The notes under the pieces are model-generated. The model did no database searches and was not told the origin of the DNA. It was given only the letters and a program-made list of their open reading frames with translations. 64,000 bases of DNA from an uncultured Candidatus Saccharibacteria bacterium (GTDB lineage Bacteria > Patescibacteriota > Dojkabacteria > J137). How positions within the stretch are numbered: position 1 is the first letter of the stretch; the number at the start of each line of letters is the position of its first letter. The translations under genes were made by a program, and so were the position numbers. Below, one piece after another: positions 8,888-16,910 of this stretch. The DNA is taken from positions 302,759 through 366,758 of the forward strand of contig CAZLOI010000001.1 in NCBI GenBank assembly GCA_964561155.1, given 5' to 3'.

Positions 8888-10390
8888 ATGAACCTAAAAC
8901 TAAAGTCATATAAAATTAATGACGATGTGTACATCGGTGACTATTCTGTATTAAAAACTTCAGACTCATTCATCGCATCCCTTAGAAACCTAGATACCTC
9001 AATATCAGATTCATCAACACATACAATTGAACTAGATATCAATGGCACTATCTGCACGATTACAAAACTTGATGAAACAATAACTGTAATATTCAATGAT
9101 GCTTCATACACTTCTTTAAACGAACTATTCCAGACTGAATTTAAAACTAACTTTAATTCAAATACTTGGAAAGAGCATTTCCTAGATATAAATGAATCAG
9201 GTATTTCTGATGTTGCTTCCTTTAATACATTCTTGTCTGGATTAACAAAGGAAGTTGTTGATACCAATGCACCAAAAAAAGAATTAGATAACCTAATATT
9301 ACAAAGCTTGGAGTCCGCAACAGATGAAAACAAGAAAGCATTGCAACGCTTTCAGGAGTTAACAGCAAAGATTTATACATCTGAAGAAAAAGTGGATGTA
9401 TACAACAACTATCAAAGTATTGTTAAAGCAAAGAAGGAGGAAAAGGATTCAATCCTGAGAGAGAAGGAACGATTGGTACAAGTACTATCTAGTTCAAAAG
9501 AGTTAATCGAATCAAAGGCGAGACTGGAGAATGAAGTTAACGTTGTATTGGAAGGGTCTGATCCTGAAGTACTTAAGAATACAATCACACAAGTTAAAGA
9601 TACTAGAATGAATCATCTTGTAAACTACATGCAAGAAGTGAAAGGTCAACACAAGTACGATGCTGAAGAGAAGGAAAGAGATTTGATGGTACCAAAAGCT
9701 TTTATAGTTATTCTACTAGTTCAATCGCTGGTATCCATTTCTTTGTTCTTTGTAACAGGGGATGTAATAGCGTTTATGTATTTGATTCTTGGTTGGATCC
9801 TAGCAATAGGTGGTGGGATTCTATTTCAAATCTATGCATACGATACAATAGCAGCTCAATTTGATAGCTCAGATGAATCTCAAGATACAGCTCCAAAGCC
9901 ACGAAGAGAATTCACGCTTAAGGTAGATGAGACACAAGACAAAGATTTAATAAAACATGCGTGGGTTGAAGCACTAAGAAGAGATCTACAAGAAGTTGTG
10001 AGTTCATTAAACCAAAGACTTGGCTCTATGACATACGAGGAACTTCAAGATAGGATGAAAGAGTTAGAAACAAAGGGAGTATTATTAGATGAAGAGATAA
10101 AAAAGCTTGATGGAGAGAAGATCGATCAAGATGATTACTATAAATTTAGAAGAGAATTAGATATCTATAGTATCGAAAGAGAGAATCTGCTGGTCAATTT
10201 GGAAGGAAAAGTAGACAATGGACTAATAGAGAATATAAAATATAGTATTAGCCGAATTTCTGACGCCAAGAAAGTTTCAGAAACAAAGCAAATAAAGTTG
10301 CCCTTTATTATTTTTAACCTTAAGGAAAAAGTAGCTTGGATAAAAGATTTACAGGTACAAAACAGTACTCAAGTATTGTTCTTCGAATAA
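8888..10390 (+). CDS. Coiled-coil membrane protein (500 aa) with a central 2-TM hairpin flanked by cytoplasmic coiled-coil domains
   Basis: Hydrophobic helices sit at about aa 272-320 (AFIVILLVQSLVSISLFFVTG / FMYLILGWILAIGGGILFQIYAY). The flanks are rich in heptad-like E/K/L repeats. No catalytic motif was found. Confidence 0.55.
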   Translation: MNLKLKSYKINDDVYIGDYSVLKTSDSFIASLRNLDTSISDSSTHTIELDINGTICTITKLDETITVIFNDASYTSLNELFQTEFKTNFNSNTWKEHFLDINESGISDVASFNTFLSGLTKEVVDTNAPKKELDNLILQSLESATDENKKALQRFQELTAKIYTSEEKVDVYNNYQSIVKAKKEEKDSILREKERLVQVLSSSKELIESKARLENEVNVVLEGSDPEVLKNTITQVKDTRMNHLVNYMQEVKGQHKYDAEEKERDLMVPKAFIVILLVQSLVSISLFFVTGDVIAFMYLILGWILAIGGGILFQIYAYDTIAAQFDSSDESQDTAPKPRREFTLKVDETQDKDLIKHAWVEALRRDLQEVVSSLNQRLGSMTYEELQDRMKELETKGVLLDEEIKKLDGEKIDQDDYYKFRRELDIYSIERENLLVNLEGKVDNGLIENIKYSISRISDAKKVSETKQIKLPFIIFNLKEKVAWIKDLQVQNSTQVLFFE

Positions 10391-12156
10391 CAGCAATATT
10401 CCTCATTGCTATCATTTCAGTTAGCCCTGTATGGGCTAGAAGTTCTACAGAAATTGGACAAGACATTATCAACAAACAAAGAGAGATTGAAGAGAACGAA
10501 CGAAGGCTAGCTGAATCTGCTGCTAATAGACAAAGATACGAAGCAGATGCAGCAAGTCTTCAGGAAGGTGTACCTCAACTAGAGGCTCAAATTAAACAAC
10601 TCGAAGAAGAGTTGAATGGTATTAAGCTTGAAATTAGTATTCTTGAACAGGAACAAGCTCTAAAGGAACTGGAAAGAGAACGAACTCAGTTTAATCAGAA
10701 TCAAACGATTAAGGGTTCATACATGGACTGGAAGAGTACAAGTCATGATGTGCGAATGTTTGTAGATGAAGATGTAGAGTTTAATAGGATACAGCAGTAT
10801 CAATCTGCAATTGCGGGAAACAATAAAGTAACTATAGATAACCTAACAGGGGAATTGATAAAGATAGATGGTCAAATGTCAGTATTAAGTCAAAAGAAAG
10901 CTGACTTAGAAGTTAAAGAAGCAGAAGTTCAGGAACAAAAAAGACAACTAGAAGAAACATTGGCTCGGTTAAGATGGGGAATAAGCTACGAAGCAGGAAA
11001 TCTTGCGGCTATAGATAACTCGATTAAGCAAGCTAGACAAGATATCGATCTACTATCCGCAGAGCAACAAGCTGCAATGGCAAGAGAGCAGGAGATCTTA
11101 CAGAATAACCCGGGTGTTGAAAACTCAGCTGGTTGCGATGGAGCAGTAGCTGGAAGCAATAGTTTCTACTTCTGTGGAAATGGACGAGATTTGTATCAAG
11201 GACACGGTGTAGGTATGAGTCAATATGGAGCTAAAGGTGCTGCAGAGCAGGGTGCGAGTGCTGTTTCGATAGTAGAGTTCTATTATCCTGGAGCGGTTGT
11301 TACAACAATAGCTGAACCTGCAGAAATCTCAATTAAATACTGCCAAGGAAACCCAGGTTTAGCTCCCTATCAAGAAAACTGTTATTACGGAGGTAACTAC
11401 TACGGTCCTGTTATAACTGAAAGAATTAGCTTTATCGACTACCTCGGTGGATTGGGTGAAATGCCATACAGTTGGCCAGTTGAGGCAAGAAAAGCTCAGA
11501 TGATTGCAGCTAGAACATACGCACTTAAAAGAACTAATAACGGAGATCCTAATTACCCAATCTGCCTAACATCATACTGTCAGGTATCGTATGTAAAAAA
11601 TGGTCAGACTCATGAAAGACAGTTAGCGATAGATACTCAAAACCAAGTTCTAATGTATGGCGGAGTTTTAATTGATGCTTTGTATTCTGCAGACAATAGT
11701 CAGAATAACGGTACAGCAGATTACGATACAAGATTTCAAAACGTATATGGTCAAGCAAACGGTAATTATCCATACCTAAGATCAGTAAATGATCAAGGTT
11801 GGGCATGGAATTCAAGAATGTACTATTTCCAGTATTGTGGTTCACATGCATGCGGACTATGGCCATGGAAAACAAGGACGTATTCATATGCAGAATTTGA
11901 TAATTTCTTAACGTGGGTTGGAAATAACTTGTATTGGGAGTTCGGTACTGCAAAAAATGCAGTAGGAAATACAAATTATATTAACTTCGAACGAGATGCA
12001 TCTGGTAGAATTAAGAAGATTTTAATATATGGTACAAATGGATCATATACTCTAGGAGGATGGTGGTTCAAGAACGCATGGATATCTTGGGTAGCATCGA
12101 CTGGAACATATGACTATATATACAGTCAGACTTTAAACGTAGTACAGAATAACTAA
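10336..12156 (+). CDS. Secreted/anchored coiled-coil protein with a C-terminal SpoIID/LytB-type cell-wall lytic domain
   Basis: N-terminal hydrophobic signal/anchor (ITAIFLIAIISVSPVWA), ~230 aa of coiled coil, then the SpoIID-family hallmarks GHGVGMSQYGAKGAA and ALYSADNSQNNGTADYDTRFQNVYG...YPYLRSVND. The annotated start overlaps the preceding ORF by 55 nt, so the true start may be downstream. Confidence 0.75.
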   Translation: MDKRFTGTKQYSSIVLRITAIFLIAIISVSPVWARSSTEIGQDIINKQREIEENERRLAESAANRQRYEADAASLQEGVPQLEAQIKQLEEELNGIKLEISILEQEQALKELERERTQFNQNQTIKGSYMDWKSTSHDVRMFVDEDVEFNRIQQYQSAIAGNNKVTIDNLTGELIKIDGQMSVLSQKKADLEVKEAEVQEQKRQLEETLARLRWGISYEAGNLAAIDNSIKQARQDIDLLSAEQQAAMAREQEILQNNPGVENSAGCDGAVAGSNSFYFCGNGRDLYQGHGVGMSQYGAKGAAEQGASAVSIVEFYYPGAVVTTIAEPAEISIKYCQGNPGLAPYQENCYYGGNYYGPVITERISFIDYLGGLGEMPYSWPVEARKAQMIAARTYALKRTNNGDPNYPICLTSYCQVSYVKNGQTHERQLAIDTQNQVLMYGGVLIDALYSADNSQNNGTADYDTRFQNVYGQANGNYPYLRSVNDQGWAWNSRMYYFQYCGSHACGLWPWKTRTYSYAEFDNFLTWVGNNLYWEFGTAKNAVGNTNYINFERDASGRIKKILIYGTNGSYTLGGWWFKNAWISWVASTGTYDYIYSQTLNVVQNN

Positions 12157-12794
12157 TGAATCCAAATACACCACAAGACAACAAGAAACTTGAGATGATC
12201 AAAAAGATGGATCAGATAGTGCCAAAAGCATCTGGAGGTTTCTTTGGTTCTGTTCAATACAGACCTAATATGAGTTTCGAAGGCCAGAACAGGAACGAGA
12301 AGGTCTATATTATGGCAAGAAGACACTGGTTAACAAATGTAGGGTGGATTATAAATAATGTCATTTATATAATGCTACCGCTTCTAGTTGGATTACTATT
12401 TAATGTATTCGATCCAAAGCTACCACCAGTAAATGGTCAAGTTTTCTCAGTTCTTGTACTTGGATATTATTCATTGGTATTTACAAATATCTTTAAGAAC
12501 TTTGTAGATTGGTATTTTGATATATATTTTGTAACTAACGAAAGAGTTATGGATGTTATCTTTAAGCCATTCGCTTCGTATCAAATTGAAGAGATTCCAT
12601 TGAATAGTATTGAAAGTGTTAGAGAGAAGACTCCTGGAGTTTTGGCTGCAATATTCAATTTTGGAAACATTACAATTACAACTGAAGCCCATGACAGATC
12701 AATGGTATTCCCTTATATTTCAAAACCTACAAAGGTTCGCGATATTATTTCAGACTTAGCATTTGTTGCTCGAACATTTAACAATGGAAATTAA
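12156..12794 (+). CDS. Membrane protein with 2 TM helices and a bacterial PH (bPH_2/YdbS-like, DUF304) domain
   Basis: Two hydrophobic helices (LTNVGWIINNVIYIMLPLLVGLLF; VFSVLVLGYYSLVFTNIF) are followed by DWYFDIYFVTNERVMDVIFKPFASYQIEEIPLNSIESV, which is typical of membrane-flanked bPH domains. Start codon overlaps the stop of the previous gene (ATGA). Confidence 0.55.
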   Translation: MNPNTPQDNKKLEMIKKMDQIVPKASGGFFGSVQYRPNMSFEGQNRNEKVYIMARRHWLTNVGWIINNVIYIMLPLLVGLLFNVFDPKLPPVNGQVFSVLVLGYYSLVFTNIFKNFVDWYFDIYFVTNERVMDVIFKPFASYQIEEIPLNSIESVREKTPGVLAAIFNFGNITITTEAHDRSMVFPYISKPTKVRDIISDLAFVARTFNNGN

Positions 12795-13002
12795 CACATC
12801 AACAGTATTCAGTTTCTTAAAAATATTTGCGATTGTAATCGCATTATTTCATTTGCTTGCTGGGTTATATGTTACTAGGCAAGTAACAAGAATGAATAAA
12901 ATAGTTAAGACTAGAAATGGACCTTTCATATTATTAGTAGCCCTAGCATACATAATCGTACTGCTGTTAGTACTTCTACTAATAATCTCGATACAGGTTT
13001 GA
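12763..13002 (+). CDS. Small 2-TM membrane protein (79 aa)
   Basis: Two strongly hydrophobic helices; overlaps the end of the bPH gene, suggesting operon coupling. Confidence 0.4.
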   Translation: MLLEHLTMEINTSTVFSFLKIFAIVIALFHLLAGLYVTRQVTRMNKIVKTRNGPFILLVALAYIIVLLLVLLLIISIQV

Positions 13003-13031
13003 GAAATTTTCAAAATTCTATATACTAAGGT

Positions 13032-15794
13032 ATGGCAATTAAAGCAGACTTTATAACAGGTAAGCAATCGTTCGGCAACTGGGCAGGGGTTTACGCCTTT
13101 GTACCTGAATCTGGAGAGAGCAAGGAAATGTTCGTTTCTATACGAATATCCGTAGAGAGTGACGAATTTAATTTAGAAAATGCAGGAAAACTTCTTTTAG
13201 ATGAACTTCAAGGTATATATTTCTCAGACAAAAAAGCATATTCAGATCAGGTGAATAGACTTGAGAATGCATTGTGGAAGATGAAGGGAAAGATGGACTA
13301 CATTCTTTCGAAGGAACAATCCTTAATGGAGAAAGGTTTAGATATAGAACTTGCTGTGTGTGTTTATGATGATGTCTTTGCATATACTGCGGTTATAGGT
13401 GAAAGCAAGATAAAGATCTATAGAGAAGAAAAGTTAATAGATATTTCAGACGCATTGTCAGACGCTGCTAATTCAGGTTTCTTTAAAACAGGAAGCCTAG
13501 AATTGGATCCAGAAGACAGAATATTCCTAATCACATCTAAAGCTGCTAGAGAATTCTCTGACAAAGAGATTGAAACAGGAGCTAGGTTACTTGATTTAGG
13601 TAGATTAAGAGCAAGCTATCCTGATTCATCAGAAGGTACTGCTGCTGTAATGATATACAAGGAAGGAGCTACTGCATTAGCTGTTGAAGAGAATATACAA
13701 GCTAATGATCAAGGTATGCAAGCTACGCAATCAGTGGATGGAGCATCAGAAGATAGGAAAATGGATGGTGGCACATATGGAGATCAGAATATTTCTTCAG
13801 GGGCAACAGAAGCTGTATCTCAAACAGTATCTGAAGTAACAACAATAGCTATGATGGGAGAAAAGGCTAAGCAGTTCTCAAGAGTTGCAAAGACTAATCT
13901 TGTTAAAGCAGGTAACTTTACAATAGGAAAACTAAAAGTATTTAGAAACAAAGTAGAGGATTATAGAAACAAGAGAAATGGAGTAGCAATGAATGATGAG
14001 TCAATTAACGATGAAGAAGTAATGTCAAATGATATGGGAGATGAGATTGAACCAGTTGCTCAGAGAGTAAGCAATACTGTTGCACCACAACTTTCAGATT
14101 CAAGATTCTATGACGAGTCAGAAGACGAGATGGAACAACCAGTTGTAGCACCTGTTCAGAATATGGAAACACCAGTGCAAGACTTTGAACCAGAATACGA
14201 TACAGAAGGCAATTTGATTCCACAGTACAAGCCATTCAAGGATGAAGAAGAAGATCTTTCTGTTAACGAAGTTAATTCGGACACAGAGGAAATATACGAT
14301 GATGTTTACGAAGAAGTGCAAGATGAACCAGTAGCTCAATTTGGAGCTAGTACTATGAGACAAAGCCAAAAGGCTCCACAAGGCAGTAGATTCGATAGTG
14401 TAAAGGGAAGCTTTAATAATGTAAACAAAGAGAAATTATCAGGAATAGTTGCCAAGGCTTTAGACTTACTAAAGAGACTTGGAAGTATGCTTTTGGAATT
14501 AACTCTTTGGTTAATTGAGTTATTCAAGAAAGAAATACTAGGTGTTGGTGAGAATAGACGCGATAGATTGTCTAGAGCAAAGAGAAGAAGAAGAAACAGA
14601 ATCATATTAGTTGCTGTAGTAATTATCTTGTTCTTAATAATAAGTAATTCGATTAGAACAGCACAGGATGCTAGATTCCAACAGGAACTATTAGATACAG
14701 CAAGAACAAAGGTATCTGAATTCCAGAATACACATACTTCACTAGATGCAAACATTCAAACAGCAAAGGCTTCGGGCGATGTAGCAATTCAGAATCTAAT
14801 TGCAGACTTTGATAGATTGAACGCAGAAGTTAATGTACAAAAGAGAGAAGGTTTATTAGAAGAAGAGTTCACAACAATTCAGAACGATATTCAATTCTCT
14901 AAAGATGAGCTACTAGATATTATCGCTATCCTAACACCTCAGGTATTGGTAGATGTTGGTAGAAGCTACCCAGACGCAAATCTTGCAGACATTGAATACT
15001 CAAATGGAGGTATCTTTATTAGTGACCAAGGAAGAAACGTTATCTACAGAGTAGGTACAGCATCTTTAAATGGTGTTGCTCAGAGCTTTGTTACTGGATT
15101 AACTCAACCATATGCTCTAGTTAGAAATGTAGATGGAGACATTGTTTTCTATGACAACGATACTACTTCAGCACTTGGTATTGTAGATTATGAATCTGCG
15201 GAAGTTTCTAGAATGCCAGGTTTAACTCCAAGTAGTATAGGAAGAGTTACTGAATCTGCGCTATATACAGGAAATGATTCTTTATATGAAGTTCGAAATT
15301 CTACTACTCAGATCTTTAAAAGAGACAAGAGTGGTTCTGGATATGTAAATGGCGGAGCAACTCAATCAGGAGACTTTAATTCAAACTGGAGAGTAGATTC
15401 TGATTTTGCTAACGCAGTAGACATAGCAGCACCTTACGAAATCTATATGCTGATCAAGGGTCAAGGTATCAAGAGATATTTTGCTAGAGAAGCAAACACA
15501 CTAACATCTGATCTATTCAGTAACATATCTCAAACAGATCTAGCTGCTGTACAGAATGCTAACTCGATGGATGCAGTCGATTCATTCGTAGCTGTTGGAG
15601 ATGCAGCAAACAAGAGAGTGCTACTATTTACAATAGACGATACTCCTCAGAAAGGATTAACTCTTTTCAAGCAATTCGTATATCGAGGATCTGAAAATGT
15701 ATTCAACGATCTAGATGAAGTTGTAATCGTTCCAAGCGAAAGTTCAATCTACGTTCTTGATAACCTAAAGGTTATCAAACTACCACTTCAATAA
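13032..15794 (+). CDS. Large single-pass membrane protein (920 aa): cytoplasmic N-domain (possibly PP2C-like), acidic linker, TM, extracytoplasmic beta-propeller-like C-domain
   Basis: The TM lies at about aa 525-545 (RIILVAVVIILFLIISNSI) after a basic RRRRNR stop-transfer. The C-terminal 380 aa carry repeated blade-like motifs (GIFISDQGRNVIYRV, DIVFYDND, SLYEVRNS, NKRVLLFTIDD, SSIYVLDNL). The N-terminal 230 aa (…ELAVCVYDDVFAYTAVIGESKIKIY…DRIFLITSKAAREFSD) weakly recall the PP2C/SpoIIE fold. Confidence 0.55.
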   Translation: MAIKADFITGKQSFGNWAGVYAFVPESGESKEMFVSIRISVESDEFNLENAGKLLLDELQGIYFSDKKAYSDQVNRLENALWKMKGKMDYILSKEQSLMEKGLDIELAVCVYDDVFAYTAVIGESKIKIYREEKLIDISDALSDAANSGFFKTGSLELDPEDRIFLITSKAAREFSDKEIETGARLLDLGRLRASYPDSSEGTAAVMIYKEGATALAVEENIQANDQGMQATQSVDGASEDRKMDGGTYGDQNISSGATEAVSQTVSEVTTIAMMGEKAKQFSRVAKTNLVKAGNFTIGKLKVFRNKVEDYRNKRNGVAMNDESINDEEVMSNDMGDEIEPVAQRVSNTVAPQLSDSRFYDESEDEMEQPVVAPVQNMETPVQDFEPEYDTEGNLIPQYKPFKDEEEDLSVNEVNSDTEEIYDDVYEEVQDEPVAQFGASTMRQSQKAPQGSRFDSVKGSFNNVNKEKLSGIVAKALDLLKRLGSMLLELTLWLIELFKKEILGVGENRRDRLSRAKRRRRNRIILVAVVIILFLIISNSIRTAQDARFQQELLDTARTKVSEFQNTHTSLDANIQTAKASGDVAIQNLIADFDRLNAEVNVQKREGLLEEEFTTIQNDIQFSKDELLDIIAILTPQVLVDVGRSYPDANLADIEYSNGGIFISDQGRNVIYRVGTASLNGVAQSFVTGLTQPYALVRNVDGDIVFYDNDTTSALGIVDYESAEVSRMPGLTPSSIGRVTESALYTGNDSLYEVRNSTTQIFKRDKSGSGYVNGGATQSGDFNSNWRVDSDFANAVDIAAPYEIYMLIKGQGIKRYFAREANTLTSDLFSNISQTDLAAVQNANSMDAVDSFVAVGDAANKRVLLFTIDDTPQKGLTLFKQFVYRGSENVFNDLDEVVIVPSESSIYVLDNLKVIKLPLQ

Positions 15795-15864
15795 GGCAGG
15801 CTAGCCAAATAGCGTATTCAATACCCTTTCTCTATGGTATTATATTGCTATTTAAATCAAAACA

Positions 15865-16320
15865 TTGAAAATTCTTTCATCAAATAAAAAAGCATACTAT
15901 GACTATGAGGTCCTCGATAAATATGAGGCAGGAATTTCATTGCTTGGTTGGGAAGTAAAATCAATTAAAAATACGAACTTCAATATAACAAATGGCTACA
16001 TAGTACCAAGGGACAATGAACTTCTAATGGTTGGAATGAGGGTAGGTTTATTGCAAGGTTCCTTTGAACAAGACAAGAACAGGGAAACTAGGGATAGAAA
16101 GCTTTTATTAAAGAAATCCGAGATCTTTACTATAATGCACAAGGTTAAGACTAAAGGACTAACAGTAGTTCCTTTGGAAGTATATTTAAATGATCGAGGT
16201 TTAATCAAAGTAGATATAGCGATTGTAAAAGGTAAGAAAAAATATCAGAAAAAGGATAAGATAAAGGAGAGGGATCAAATTAGATCAATCGAAATAGATA
16301 GAAAATCATACAGTATATGA
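15865..16320 (+). CDS. smpB: SsrA-binding protein SmpB
   Basis: NKKAYYDYEVLDKYEAGISLLGWEVKSIK…ELLMVGMRV…DRKLLLKKSEI…KGLTVVPLEVYLNDRGLIKVDIAIVKGKKKYQKKDK matches the SmpB family pattern. No tmRNA (ssrA) is visible next to it. Confidence 0.85.
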   Translation: MKILSSNKKAYYDYEVLDKYEAGISLLGWEVKSIKNTNFNITNGYIVPRDNELLMVGMRVGLLQGSFEQDKNRETRDRKLLLKKSEIFTIMHKVKTKGLTVVPLEVYLNDRGLIKVDIAIVKGKKKYQKKDKIKERDQIRSIEIDRKSYSI

Positions 16321-16883
16321 ACGACACACATCAAAGCCAAGCCATAAAGGATCTAATAATATATCTAGAGAAATTTGGATTTAAATATCTAGGACCTGGA
16401 GAAAACGGAGATGTATTATTCACAGCTCCAAATGGACAAGCAGTTTCTGGAGAAATAGCATACAGATTTGTAAAGACTCAGTTAGAAGATCCAGCAAAGA
16501 CATCTACAGGAGGTACTGAAGCGATGCCTGCAATGCCTAATGTAATACCGACTAACCTAGATTCAGGATTTGATTCAAAGATAGAAGTAGAGAAAAGTCT
16601 AGATGAAGCAAACAAGATTGAAAAGGCGAAGGAGCAAGCATCAGAAGATGCAAATTCTTTAAGCGATTTGAAAGTAAAGAACTCTTCACCAAGAATGAAG
16701 ATTGGAAATACAACAATTCCTCTTCCATTCGGAGATGGCTTTCTACCAAAATCTTTTAGACCAGACGACACAGATAGTATTCAAGATTTCATATCTAAGA
16801 AGGCTTCTGCAAGTCATAGTGATCCAGCCGCATGGCTTAGAGTACTATGGGAAAAGTTTTTGAAGGAATTGTCATCGAAATAA
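16317..16883 (+). CDS. Hypothetical protein (188 aa)
   Basis: Its ORF overlaps the smpB stop and sits directly upstream of the VirB4-like ATPase; no motif was recognised. Confidence 0.45.
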   Translation: MNDTHQSQAIKDLIIYLEKFGFKYLGPGENGDVLFTAPNGQAVSGEIAYRFVKTQLEDPAKTSTGGTEAMPAMPNVIPTNLDSGFDSKIEVEKSLDEANKIEKAKEQASEDANSLSDLKVKNSSPRMKIGNTTIPLPFGDGFLPKSFRPDDTDSIQDFISKKASASHSDPAAWLRVLWEKFLKELSSK

Positions 16884-16910
16884 ATATTTTTTTCCTGTAA
16901 AATAAGTCGT

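Noticed and set aside
8888-10390. Assigning the 500-aa coiled-coil 2-TM protein as VirB8 or VirB10
   Set aside because: No NTF2-like or VirB10 C-terminal motifs are recognisable by eye. Only the coiled-coil and TM features are supportable.
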